This document shows, one piece after another, positions 9,743-18,635 of a DNA stretch of 64,000 bases; the stretch's first letter is position 1, and every line of letters starts with the position of its first letter. The stretch is taken from the NCBI GenBank assembly GCA_965205915.1, contig OZ242191.1:1070003-1134002 (forward strand), given 5' to 3'. Both the position numbers and the translations under genes were made by a program. This stretch comes from Dehalococcoidia bacterium (lineage in GTDB: Bacteria; Chloroflexota; Dehalococcoidia; UBA6926). Below the pieces are notes generated by a model. That model was not told the DNA's origin. It was given only the letters and a program-made list of their open reading frames with translations, and searched no databases.

Positions 9743-10685
9743 GCCGACGTTGACGACGCTAAGGCGTCGGGTGCTGGGGTGGTATCGGCAACATGGGCGG
9801 GATTTGCCGTGGCGAAAGTCATCGGACCCGTATCACGCGATGGTGGCGGAGTTCATGTTGCAGCAGACGGGGGTGGGGCGCGTGCTGTCGGTTTACGCGT
9901 CGTTTCTGGAGCGGTTCCCTACCCTTGCGGTTCTGGCTGATGCGCCGGTCTCGGACGTGATTCGGGCATGGAGCGGAATGGGTTATAACCGTCGCGCCAT
10001 CAACTTGCAGCGGGCGGCGCGGGTCATCGTGGAGGAACATGGCGGGATTATCCCGCGCGATCCGCGTGTGTTGCAGACGCTACCGGGGATCGGGCGCTAT
10101 ACGTCGTCGGCGATTGCTTGTTTTGCGTATCGGCAGCCCGTGCCCGTGATGGATACGAATATCAGGCGCGTGCTGGGCAGGGTGTTGATCGGCCACAAGG
10201 ATGTGGGCGCGGACACGGGGTGGGCGCTGGCGGAGGCGGCTGTTCCGCGAGACGGGGGGCGGGCATCGTCGTGGCATCAGGCGCTGATGGACCTGGGCGC
10301 GACGGTGTGCTCGGCACGGCGCCCTCGGTGCGATGAGTGTCCGGTGAATGAGCTGTGCGCGGCGCGGCCGCTTTTCGGCGGGGATGATTCTCCAACGATT
10401 CGCTATGCGGAGCTTGCTGATTCGACACCGCTGCTTAGAGTTGCAGAGCGTCCTCGCTCGACACAGCAGGGATGGGTCGGGACCACACGGTATTATCGCG
10501 GGCGCATTGTGGAGGTGTTACGGAACCACGCGAACGGGGCTATGGAGTTGGGTGAGTTGGGGCCGCTGGTTCGGGAGGATTACACGCCCACTGAGCATGG
10601 GGACTGGTTGCGGGGGCTTTTGGGCGGGTTGGAGCGGGATGGGTTGGTGGTGGCGCCGGGTGAGGTGGTGGGGTTGCCGGAGTGA
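9735..10685 (+). CDS. mutY: A/G-specific adenine DNA glycosylase (MutY/Nth HhH-GPD superfamily)
   Basis: The six-frame ORF 9393..10685 is a read-through; the real start is the ATG at 9735 (MDRPTLTTLRRRVLGWY). HhH 'LPGIGRYTSSAI', catalytic Asp, and a [4Fe-4S] cluster 'CSARRPRCDECPVNELC'. Confidence 0.8.
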   Translation: MDRPTLTTLRRRVLGWYRQHGRDLPWRKSSDPYHAMVAEFMLQQTGVGRVLSVYASFLERFPTLAVLADAPVSDVIRAWSGMGYNRRAINLQRAARVIVEEHGGIIPRDPRVLQTLPGIGRYTSSAIACFAYRQPVPVMDTNIRRVLGRVLIGHKDVGADTGWALAEAAVPRDGGRASSWHQALMDLGATVCSARRPRCDECPVNELCAARPLFGGDDSPTIRYAELADSTPLLRVAERPRSTQQGWVGTTRYYRGRIVEVLRNHANGAMELGELGPLVREDYTPTEHGDWLRGLLGGLERDGLVVAPGEVVGLPE

Positions 10686-10701
10686 GGGGGGGAGTATAGG
10701 C

Positions 10702-11214
10702 ATGAAACGGGACGCAAAGTTTTCCGAGGACAGAAAATACCGCTACGTCTTGGATCGCGAGTGGGATGAGTCAGGCAGCCTCGTAACATTTATCATGCTG
10801 AACCCCTCGAATGCCGACGAGGTAGTCGATGATCGAACGATCAAGAGATGTATTGCTTTTGCTAAGGAATGGGGATGCGGGCGGCTACGAGTAGTCAACT
10901 TATTTGCTCGGATAGCGACGAAACCCAATGACCTGGCAGCCATGCAGGCAAAAGGCGAGAACATTGTTGGCCTCGATACTGACGACGATATCCGCGCAGC
11001 GGTTGGGGAGGCGGAGTTGGTGGTTTGCGCTTGGGGGAACAATGTCTACCGGGTGGGAAAGGGGCAGTCGCGGGTCCAAGAGGTGTTGGCGATAATCAGG
11101 GAGCAGGGCAAGACGCCGCACACTCTAGGCCACCTGACCAAAGAGAGCCAGCCGCGTCATCCGTTATACCTGAGGGGGGATATTCAGCCGGTACTGTGGA
11201 ATTTAGTTCTTTAG
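10702..11214 (+). CDS. DUF1643-family protein
   Basis: 171 aa from the ATG at 10702. 'KYRYVLDREW...IMLNPS' is the signature start of DUF1643. Confidence 0.6.
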   Translation: MKRDAKFSEDRKYRYVLDREWDESGSLVTFIMLNPSNADEVVDDRTIKRCIAFAKEWGCGRLRVVNLFARIATKPNDLAAMQAKGENIVGLDTDDDIRAAVGEAELVVCAWGNNVYRVGKGQSRVQEVLAIIREQGKTPHTLGHLTKESQPRHPLYLRGDIQPVLWNLVL

Positions 11215-11239
11215 ATTCTTCGCTGCGCTCAGAATGACA
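11214..11239. repeat. REP family B (consensus GGATTCYTCGCTGCGCTCRGAATGACA), copy 1
   Basis: Near-identical copies at 28813..28839, 35427..35452, 41534..41560 and 52430..52456. The reverse strand translates as CHSERSEESK. Confidence 0.8.
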
Positions 11240-11442
11240 GTGGGGGGGCTTGTGGCGTTTGAAACGGGGCAGGTTGCAGCACGGCATCAGCACGTCGTTT
11301 GAGGTTGACACGCACCAGGCACTGTGCCATATTCCGCGTACCACCCCAGTGATCGCATCGCTGGGCCGACGTCCCCATAAAGGGGGCGTCTCTTTTTTTG
11401 CGCCTATGATCGAGTTTGGGGGCGGTTGTACACGGCGGGGTT

Positions 11443-11468
11443 GGATTCCCGCTTTCGCGGGAATGACG
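11443..11468. repeat. REP family A palindrome (GATTCCCGCTTTCGCGGGAATGACG), copy 1
   Basis: Hairpin CCCGC-TTTC-GCGGG. Copies at 28936..28960, 30981..31005, 52509..52533 and 62006..62030; partial copy at 30222..30241; diverged copy at 8770..8794. Confidence 0.8.
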
Positions 11469-11493
11469 TTTGACGTACGGGAAGAGTGTCGCT

Positions 11494-12147
11494 TCATGTT
11501 TGGGGCGCGCGCAGCACCTCGTAGCCGCCCTCACTGAGCCAGGTTTGGATTTTTGACTTGAGGTTGAGCCAGGGATCGCCGATTTGGGCTAGTTCTTGTT
11601 GGGTTAGCTCGGTGTAGGTTTTGGCTTTTTCGGGGAATCGCCATAGGCTTGCTAGCCAGAATCCCTCGATGCGCGATTGGGATGGCTTGCGCTGGACTAC
11701 GCCCGTTGGGCCGCTGACTTCCCATGTTTGTACGATGCGGTCTGGGTCGGCGATGGTTACTGCTTCTTGCCATGTGGCCAATCGTTGCTCGTCTGTTTGG
11801 AGGTGCTCCATCAGGGATAGCAGGTGCGTGATCCTGTCCTTGTCTGTGGCGTCATCACCGGCGGCGCGGCGGGTTAGGAGACTGTCCCAGTTGGGGCCGA
11901 GCGCGGGGATATCGATGCCGCCGTCGGAGGCGATCGCCAGACACCCGCCTATTCGCGCCCATGCGAGGGCTTTGGAATCGGCGATTTCGCGGTGGGTGTG
12001 GCCTGATTCTTCCGGCGGTTCATGCGGCGGCAATGTATCGACGGTTATGAGTTGGAATGGCCAGCCGGTCAGGCAGTCGCGGAGGCGGTGGATCTTGGCA
12101 GGATTCGTCGACGCCAGCAGGATGCTCGGCGGGGTTTCGCGCGTCAT
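11494..12147 (-). CDS. Ham1/RdgB-family non-canonical purine NTP pyrophosphatase-like protein
   Basis: The real start is the ATG at 12147 (MTRETPPSILLASTNPAKI). Blocks 'LLASTNPAKI', 'IASDGGIDIPALG' and 'TDKDRITHLL' parallel the RdgB motifs. The ATG overlaps the stop of the upstream gene (ATGA). Confidence 0.65.
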   Translation of the reverse strand: MTRETPPSILLASTNPAKIHRLRDCLTGWPFQLITVDTLPPHEPPEESGHTHREIADSKALAWARIGGCLAIASDGGIDIPALGPNWDSLLTRRAAGDDATDKDRITHLLSLMEHLQTDEQRLATWQEAVTIADPDRIVQTWEVSGPTGVVQRKPSQSRIEGFWLASLWRFPEKAKTYTELTQQELAQIGDPWLNLKSKIQTWLSEGGYEVLRAPQT

Positions 12148-12845
12148 GGGTAGTAGTAGTTTGGCTCTTCCTGTTGTTCCGCCTGTTCGCGTTCGCGTTC
12201 GCGTCGCAGGCCAAGCCATAGGCCGGCGGCGATGGCTGCGCCCGCAAGCAGCGGCGTCCACTCGAGGACGCCCAGTGGGAGTCCACTGTATCTCAGGCCG
12301 AAGAGCATGAGCGCCGCGCCGATGATTACGGCGCTGAGGGTCATGAGTCGCCGTTCCCAGCTGAGGAAGATGATGCCGATGGCGATGGCAGGCACTAGAG
12401 AGCCGACGAAGATCTGGAAGCGATTCCATCCGCTGAGGGTGAGACCCTCGCCGCCCGGCTCGACGTGGCCGGAGACCAGGAACCAGAACAGCGCGCCGAT
12501 GCCAAAGCCGATTCCCGCGCCGACGACGAACACTGATGCGCGGTAGAAGAACGAGCCGAGCACGAGGAGGATGATCGCGGAGCCGCCCGCGGTCGTCAGG
12601 AGAGCGGTGCCTTCCAGCGCGAGAAGGTCCGGGCCAGCGATGACAACGACCGCGCCACCGGATACGCCCGCCGCGACTGCAACGACGAGCCGATAGGCGT
12701 AGTAGCCAAGCAGACAGAGGGCGAGGCCAAGCAGGGCGAATGGCCAGGCAATCCACCACGCCAGGTTTTCCGGCATATAGGCGAGGATGAGTTCATCGAG
12801 TAGGGAGGCGCCGGTGGCGACCTCGGGGCCTGCGGCTTCAGGCAT
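12144..12845 (-). CDS. Polytopic membrane protein, unknown function
   Basis: 233 aa with at least 6 hydrophobic helices. Translationally coupled to the Ham1-like gene downstream. Confidence 0.55.
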   Translation of the reverse strand: MPEAAGPEVATGASLLDELILAYMPENLAWWIAWPFALLGLALCLLGYYAYRLVVAVAAGVSGGAVVVIAGPDLLALEGTALLTTAGGSAIILLVLGSFFYRASVFVVGAGIGFGIGALFWFLVSGHVEPGGEGLTLSGWNRFQIFVGSLVPAIAIGIIFLSWERRLMTLSAVIIGAALMLFGLRYSGLPLGVLEWTPLLAGAAIAAGLWLGLRREREREQAEQQEEPNYYYP

Positions 12846-12851
12846 GGGGGG

Positions 12852-15800
12852 CTAGGTGGCGCCTGCGGGGGCGCGGGTTGGTTGGCGGCGGGGGGAGCGG
12901 GCTATGCCCTTGCCCGCGGGCTTTTTGTCGTTGTTGGCGGGTTCGTCGGGTGTTTGGGTAGTGTCGTCGGCTGTCGAGCCGTTGGCGGGCTTTTCGGACA
13001 CTTCGGCAGGGTCTTTGGCAGTGGCGGTGTTGGTCTTGCCGTTTCGGCGGGGGGAGCGGGTGGGTTTGCGATCGTTGGCGCCAGTCTTTGATGGCGGCTC
13101 GGGAGTGTCGGCGCCAGTGTTTGTCGGCGGTTTGGTAATGCCGAGGGCGTTGCGGAGATAGTCGCCTGTGTGGCTGTCGACGGCGAGGGCGATTTCTTCC
13201 GGCGTGCCCTCTGCGACGAGTTCGCCGCCACGTTCGCCGGGGCCGGGGCCCAGATCGACGATCCAATCGGCGTTCTTGATCATGTCGATGTGGTGTTCGA
13301 TCAGAAGGACGGAGTTGCCGCCGTCGACGAGGCGATGCAGCACGGTAAGCAGCATTTCGGCGTCGGAGAAGGCCAGGCCGGTGGTCGGCTCATCGAGGAT
13401 GTAGAGGGTCTTGCCGGTGGCGCGCTTTGAGAGTTCGGCTGCCAGTTTGACGCGCTGAGCCTCACCGCCGGAGAGGGTGGTGGCGGGCTGGCCGAGTCGC
13501 ATGTAGCCGAGTCCTACATCCTGCATGGTCTTGAACTTGTTGGCGATGCGGGGGATGGATTCAAAGACATCGACGGCCTGATCGAGGGTCAGATTAAGAA
13601 CCTCGCCGATGCTGAGGCCCTTGAACATGATTTCAAGCGCCTCGCGGTTGTATCGCGCGCCCTTGCAGGTATCGCAGGGCACAGTGACATCGGGCAGGAA
13701 TTGCATCTCGATTAGCTGGTAGCCGGCGCCCTTGCAGGCTTCACAGCGGCCACCCTTGACGTTGAATGAGAAGCGGCCGGAGGCGTAGCCGCGCACACGG
13801 GACTCGGGCATACTCGCGAACAACTCCCGGATGGGGGTGAACGCGCCGGTGTAGGTGGCGGGATTGGAACGCGGGGTGCGGCCGATGGGGGATTGATCGA
13901 TGTTTACGACCTTGTCGATGAGGTCCAGGCCATCCACGCCATCGGACGCGCCGGGGAGGTCCTTGGCCCTGTAGAGCGTTTGCGCGAGCTTCTTGAAGAG
14001 GACTTCATAGACGAGGGTGGATTTGCCGGAGCCGGAGACGCCGGTGACGCAGGTCAACAAGCCGAGCGGGATGCGTACATCAAGGTCATGGAGGTTGTTG
14101 GCGCGCGCGTTGCGGACAACGAGTTCGCGGCCCTCTTGCGGCTGACGGCGCACGTCTCTCATGGGGATCTTGCGGCGGCCACTCAGGTACGCGCCCGTAA
14201 TCGATTCTTCAGACGCAGTAACGTCATCCAGCGTGCCGCTGACGACGACCCAACCGCCGTGCTCGCCTGCTCCCGGGCCCATGTCAATGACGTGGTCGGA
14301 GGCGCGCATGACGGCCTCATCGTGCTCCACGACGATTACGGTGTTGCCGAGATCGCGGAGGCCCTTGAGGGTTTCGATGAGGCGGGCGTTGTCGACGGGG
14401 TGGAGGCCGATGGACGGCTCATCGCAGATATAGACGACGCCCATGAGGCCGCTGCCGATCTGGGTGGCGAGGCGAATGCGCTGTCCTTCGCCGCCGGAGA
14501 GGGTACCGGCTGTTCGGTCAAGGGTGAGATATTCGAGGCCGACGTTTACGAGGAACTCAAGTCGCGCCGAGATCTCCTTGAGGATCTGGCGGGCGATGGT
14601 GGATTCGCGGGTGCTTAGGGGGCCTTTGTCCGTGTCTGCGAGGCGCAGCACCCATTCGAGGGCGCGGTCGATGCTCTGGACTGTCGCTTCGACGATGGTC
14701 TTTTCGTCGACGCGGACGGCGAGTGCCTCCGGTCGCAGGCGCTTGCCCTCGCAGGTGGCGCAGGGGCGACGAGCCATGAATCGCTCGATCTCCTGACGCT
14801 GGTTATCGGATTCAGTCTCTCGGTGGCGGCGCTCAAGGTTGGGGATGACGCCCTCGAATTTTGTGCCGTATCGGACGACGCGGCCGCTGCGCGTGCGATG
14901 TCGCACCTGTATCTTCTCGGTGGCCATGCCCTTGTTGGGGCCGTAGAGGAGGAATTGCATCTGTTCCGGTGAGAAGTCGCGGACTGGGGTGTCCATGTCG
15001 CCATCGACCATGCTCGTGGCGGAGCGGAGCATGGATGTGTACCAACCGGCCATGACGCCGGCGCGCGCCCACGGGAGGACTGCGCCTTCGTCGAAGGTGA
15101 GGTCCTTGTTGGGGATGACGAGATCGGGATCGACAACAAGCTTGTAGCCGATGCCGGTGCAGTCGGGACATGCGCCGTGCGGGCTGTTGAAGGAGAAGGT
15201 GCGGGGAGCGATTTCGCCCAGGGAGATACCGCATTGGACGCAGGCGAATTGCTCGCTGAATAGCGCCTCTTCGCCGGTGTCCGCGTCCAGGGTCTGAACG
15301 ACGCCTGCGCCGAGGCGGAGGGAGGTTTCCACCGAGTCTGTGACCCTGCTGCGGAGTTCGCCACGTTCCTCGGGGATTACGAGGCGGTCGACGACGACCT
15401 CGATGGTGTGCCATTGCTGCTTGTTGAGGCGGATGTCTTCCGAAAGGTCGCGGATTTCGCCGTTGATACGGGCACGAACAAAGCCGCCGCGGCGGGTTTC
15501 ATCCAATAGGCCGTAGTGCTCGCCCTTCTTGCGGCGGATGAGTGGCGCGAGCAGCATGACGCGCTTGCCGGGTTCGGATTCGAGGATGGCATCGACGATC
15601 TGCTGGACGGTTTGGCTCTCGATAGGGCGTCCGCACTTGTAGCAGGATGGGTGGCCGATGCGCGCATAGAGGAGACGCAGGTAGTCGTAGATTTCGGTGA
15701 CGGTACCGACGGTGGAGCGGGGGTTGTGTGAGACGCCCTTTTGGTCGATGGAGATGGCGGGAGACAGGCCTTCGATGTAGTCGACATCCGGCTTTTCCAT

Positions 15801-16007
15801 GAGGCCGAGGAATTGGCGGGCGTAGGCGGAGAGTGACTCAACGTAGCGGCGCTGACCCTCGGCATAGATGGTGTCAAAGGCGAGGGAACTCTTGCCGGAG
15901 CCGGAGACGCCGGTGATGACGACGAGTTTGTCGCGAGGGATGGTCACGTCAACGTTCTTGAGGCTGTGCTCCCGCGCGCCTTTGACGTGAATGACTGATG
16001 TGGACAT
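12852..16007 (-). CDS. uvrA: Excinuclease ABC subunit A with a ~100 aa basic, Pro/Thr/Lys-rich C-terminal tail
   Basis: 1051 aa. Two ABC modules (Walker A '[10 protein letters not shown]' twice) and zinc-finger Cys pairs. The tail '[33 protein letters not shown]...' extends beyond the normal UvrA length. Confidence 0.9.
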   Translation of the reverse strand: MSTSVIHVKGAREHSLKNVDVTIPRDKLVVITGVSGSGKSSLAFDTIYAEGQRRYVESLSAYARQFLGLMEKPDVDYIEGLSPAISIDQKGVSHNPRSTVGTVTEIYDYLRLLYARIGHPSCYKCGRPIESQTVQQIVDAILESEPGKRVMLLAPLIRRKKGEHYGLLDETRRGGFVRARINGEIRDLSEDIRLNKQQWHTIEVVVDRLVIPEERGELRSRVTDSVETSLRLGAGVVQTLDADTGEEALFSEQFACVQCGISLGEIAPRTFSFNSPHGACPDCTGIGYKLVVDPDLVIPNKDLTFDEGAVLPWARAGVMAGWYTSMLRSATSMVDGDMDTPVRDFSPEQMQFLLYGPNKGMATEKIQVRHRTRSGRVVRYGTKFEGVIPNLERRHRETESDNQRQEIERFMARRPCATCEGKRLRPEALAVRVDEKTIVEATVQSIDRALEWVLRLADTDKGPLSTRESTIARQILKEISARLEFLVNVGLEYLTLDRTAGTLSGGEGQRIRLATQIGSGLMGVVYICDEPSIGLHPVDNARLIETLKGLRDLGNTVIVVEHDEAVMRASDHVIDMGPGAGEHGGWVVVSGTLDDVTASEESITGAYLSGRRKIPMRDVRRQPQEGRELVVRNARANNLHDLDVRIPLGLLTCVTGVSGSGKSTLVYEVLFKKLAQTLYRAKDLPGASDGVDGLDLIDKVVNIDQSPIGRTPRSNPATYTGAFTPIRELFASMPESRVRGYASGRFSFNVKGGRCEACKGAGYQLIEMQFLPDVTVPCDTCKGARYNREALEIMFKGLSIGEVLNLTLDQAVDVFESIPRIANKFKTMQDVGLGYMRLGQPATTLSGGEAQRVKLAAELSKRATGKTLYILDEPTTGLAFSDAEMLLTVLHRLVDGGNSVLLIEHHIDMIKNADWIVDLGPGPGERGGELVAEGTPEEIALAVDSHTGDYLRNALGITKPPTNTGADTPEPPSKTGANDRKPTRSPRRNGKTNTATAKDPAEVSEKPANGSTADDTTQTPDEPANNDKKPAGKGIARSPRRQPTRAPAGAT

Positions 16008-16155
16008 GAACTGCCTGATTCTCCCTACATCCCGCTTGATTCAGTGTAGGCGCGGCGGGTGGGAGTCACAAGCGGGGGGGGGCTTAGCATAGGCGCTAGA
16101 TTGCATCGGTAGCTTGGCCGCCACATCCCACAAGGTATTGGCCTACAATAGATGC

Positions 16156-16518
16156 ATGAGCATGTTCAGGGTTGATATCAGCGTTTCAGGCGGGCCGGAT
16201 AGTGAGGCTCAGACTGTGGGAGCACTCGTCGATACCGGCACGATGCACACCGTGCTGCCGGGCAAACTGCTTCGGGACATTGGCATCAGCCCCACGCTGA
16301 CGACGGAGTTTGAGCTGGCGGACGGCAGTGTCGTTGAGTTCGAGGTGGGAACTGCGCTTGTGGCGATAAACGGGTACGACGCTGTTACACCGGTCGCGTT
16401 TGGCCCCGACGACGCTGAGCCGCTACTCGGCGCAGTTGCGCTGGAACTCATGGAATTGCTTGTCGACCCGAAGAACCGCAGACTCATCCCAACGGGTCGT
16501 GGACGCCGGCATCTGTAG
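16156..16518 (+). CDS. Retropepsin-like (clan AA) aspartic protease, paralog 1
   Basis: 'ALVDTGTMHTVLP' DTG active-site motif. About 50% identical to paralogs at 16541 and 57048. Confidence 0.6.
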   Translation: MSMFRVDISVSGGPDSEAQTVGALVDTGTMHTVLPGKLLRDIGISPTLTTEFELADGSVVEFEVGTALVAINGYDAVTPVAFGPDDAEPLLGAVALELMELLVDPKNRRLIPTGRGRRHL

Positions 16519-16540
16519 GTGAGGAATGTAGGGTGACGGT

Positions 16541-16897
16541 ATGGGACTTTTTGGCGTAGATATTCGGGTGGCCAATCCTGACGGCACCCAGGCGCGAACT
16601 GTGGACGCGCTTGTGGATACGGGGGCGTTGTACACGACTGTTCCCAGCTCCATGCTTAGGGAAATCGGCGTCGAACCCAAAGAATCCAGGGCCTTCGAGC
16701 TTGCGGATGGGTCAACAGTGGAGTATGAGGTGGGATCGGCAATTGTCTCAATCAACGGGCGTCAGGCCCTGACACCGGTTGCCTTTGGCCCGGACGACAC
16801 GGAGCCCTTGCTTGGCGCAATGGCAATGCAACAGATGGAGCTTGCCATTGACATGTCCCGCGAAATGCTCGTCAATGGGCGTAGGCTACGAATGTAG
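16541..16897 (+). CDS. Retropepsin-like (clan AA) aspartic protease, paralog 2
   Basis: 'ALVDTGALYTTVP' DTG motif. In tandem with paralog 1. Confidence 0.6.
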   Translation: MGLFGVDIRVANPDGTQARTVDALVDTGALYTTVPSSMLREIGVEPKESRAFELADGSTVEYEVGSAIVSINGRQALTPVAFGPDDTEPLLGAMAMQQMELAIDMSREMLVNGRRLRM

Positions 16898-16929
16898 CGA
16901 TTTCGCTCCCGGGTATTCGACTCCTTGCC

Positions 16930-17472
16930 TTAATCCGCTCGCGTTAGCCATTTCCATCCGTCTACTACGACGTCGATGGCGCGGTAGTTGTCCAGCCATT
17001 TTGAGCCGTGCAGGACGTATTCCTGTGCTTCTTTTAGGGCTGTTAGGGGGATGAGCCATAGGAGTGAGCGACGCCAGGTGAGTTCGTATGTTGGCGTGAA
17101 CCTTAGTGTTGCAGCTACGAAGACGAACCAGAACTCGAAGACGTTGGGGAAGAAGAGCAGCACCCATCGGTTTCCGATGAGTTCGAATGTTAGGACGCCG
17201 ACGATGCGGAAGGTGAATAGTGAGGCGGCTATGGTGCGCGGGGGGCCGCTCCATCGCAGGGCGACCCACAAGAACGTGAGCATGTAGGCGAGATCGAGCC
17301 ACTTGTCGAGGGCCTGATAGTTTCGGACGCCGCCCAGATCGAGCAGGTTCATCATGAACAGGTCTGAGAAGTCGATGAGTATGGCGGCGATGGCGCCGGC
17401 GAACGCCCATCGGAGGACGAGGAGCGCGCCCGCGATGCGAACGGCGGAGATGATGAGTTCTTCGGCGGTCAT
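16930..17472 (-). CDS. Hypothetical polytopic membrane protein
   Basis: 180 aa. Multiple hydrophobic segments with W/F-rich helices. Confidence 0.5.
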   Translation of the reverse strand: MTAEELIISAVRIAGALLVLRWAFAGAIAAILIDFSDLFMMNLLDLGGVRNYQALDKWLDLAYMLTFLWVALRWSGPPRTIAASLFTFRIVGVLTFELIGNRWVLLFFPNVFEFWFVFVAATLRFTPTYELTWRRSLLWLIPLTALKEAQEYVLHGSKWLDNYRAIDVVVDGWKWLTRAD

Positions 17473-17606
17473 GAGTTAGAGGGTACGCGACGGGCTCATG
17501 AGGCGCATGAGCGGCGTCCCCCAATAAAGGACGCCCCACCACCCTACCCTCGCCTTCGCGTAGGTCACGGGTGAAAGAGGGAGAGAGGATTCTTGTAGGA
17601 GGACGG

Positions 17607-18575
17607 CTAGGGGATGAGGAGGAGTTTGCCGGTGGTTTGGCGGGATTCGAGGCGGCGGTGGGCTTCGGCGGCGTCCTGTAGCGGAAATCGCTCCGAGATG
17701 CGGAGGGAGAGTTTGCCGTTGGCGATCCAGCCCAGAACATCGCTCGCGCGCCATTCGAGGTCTTCCCTGGTGACGGTGTAGTTGAAGAGGGAGGGTCTCG
17801 TCAGGTAGAGGGACTTGGCGTTGAGGGCGAGCGGAGCGATCGGCGGCACGACGCCGCTGGATTGGCCGTACATGACGAGGTAGCCGCGCAGGGCAAGGCT
17901 GGCCATCGAGCCCTCGTATGTCGTTGCGCCAACGGAGTCGTAGGCCACCTGGCAGCCCGCGCCGTCGGTGATGCGCATGACGGCTTCGTGGAAATCGTCC
18001 TGGGTGTAGAGGACGACGTGGTCTGCGCCGGCGTCTCGCGCAAGCTCCGCCTTTTCCTCCGTCGAGACGGTGGTGATGACCATCGCGCCGCGCATCTTGG
18101 CCATCTGGATGAGGAGCAGGCCGACGCCGCCCGCGCCCGCGTGGACAAGAGCCGTATCGTCGGGGCCGAGGGGATATGTGGAATGTGAGAGGTAGTGGGC
18201 GGTCATGCCCTGGAGCATGGCGGCCGCGCCCTGCTCTGCCGTGATGCCGTTCGGCAGCGTGATGAGGCGATCTGCCGGAACGACGACGCGCTCGGCGTAG
18301 GATTGGGACGCGCCGGTATAGGCGACGATATCGCCAACGGCGGGACTAGTGACGTCCGGCCCAACCTCCACGACGGTTCCCGCGCCCTCGCCGCCGAGGA
18401 TGGCGGGGAGTTGGCCGGTGCCGTAGAGGCCGGTGCGGCCATAGACGTCCATGTAGTTGATGCCGGATGCGGCGAGCTGGACGACGGCCTCGCCGGGGCC
18501 GGGGGTGGGATCGGCGACGTCCGCGTAGGTGAGAACCTCGGGGCCGCCGTATTGGGTGATCTGGACTGCTTTCAT
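17607..18575 (-). CDS. qor: NADPH:quinone oxidoreductase (zinc-type MDR superfamily)
   Basis: Start at MKAVQITQYGGPEVL. 'GAGGVGLLLIQMAK' Rossmann motif. Confidence 0.8.
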   Translation of the reverse strand: MKAVQITQYGGPEVLTYADVADPTPGPGEAVVQLAASGINYMDVYGRTGLYGTGQLPAILGGEGAGTVVEVGPDVTSPAVGDIVAYTGASQSYAERVVVPADRLITLPNGITAEQGAAAMLQGMTAHYLSHSTYPLGPDDTALVHAGAGGVGLLLIQMAKMRGAMVITTVSTEEKAELARDAGADHVVLYTQDDFHEAVMRITDGAGCQVAYDSVGATTYEGSMASLALRGYLVMYGQSSGVVPPIAPLALNAKSLYLTRPSLFNYTVTREDLEWRASDVLGWIANGKLSLRISERFPLQDAAEAHRRLESRQTTGKLLLIP

Positions 18576-18635
18576 GGGGTTGGTGCTCCTTGTGGTTGGG
18601 TTAGACGGTAAGCATCGCATAATTGGGGGTGGGGG

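Noticed and set aside
9393-10685. Single 430-aa ORF spanning the Zincin_1 gene and mutY
   Set aside because: The upstream part is an out-of-frame read-through of the 9377..9742 gene. mutY begins at the ATG at 9735, which overlaps the upstream stop.
10348-11214. 288-aa ORF beginning inside mutY
   Set aside because: Only the portion from the ATG at 10702 (MKRDAKF) matches DUF1643. The upstream part is an alternate frame of mutY.
11096-11537. ORFs 11096..11497(-), 11250..11537(+), 28741..29127(-), 30819..31160(-), 52420..52665(+) and 61998..62339(+), containing IPAFAGMT, CHSERSEESK or IPAKAGI
   Set aside because: These are translations of the REP family A/B palindromes and their flanks. The same peptides recur wherever the repeat occurs.
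11494-12759. 421-aa ORF (long N-terminal extension of the Ham1-like gene)
   Set aside because: The first ~200 codons are Arg/Pro-rich antisense of the genuine membrane-protein gene 12144..12845. The Ham1 domain starts at the ATG at 12147.
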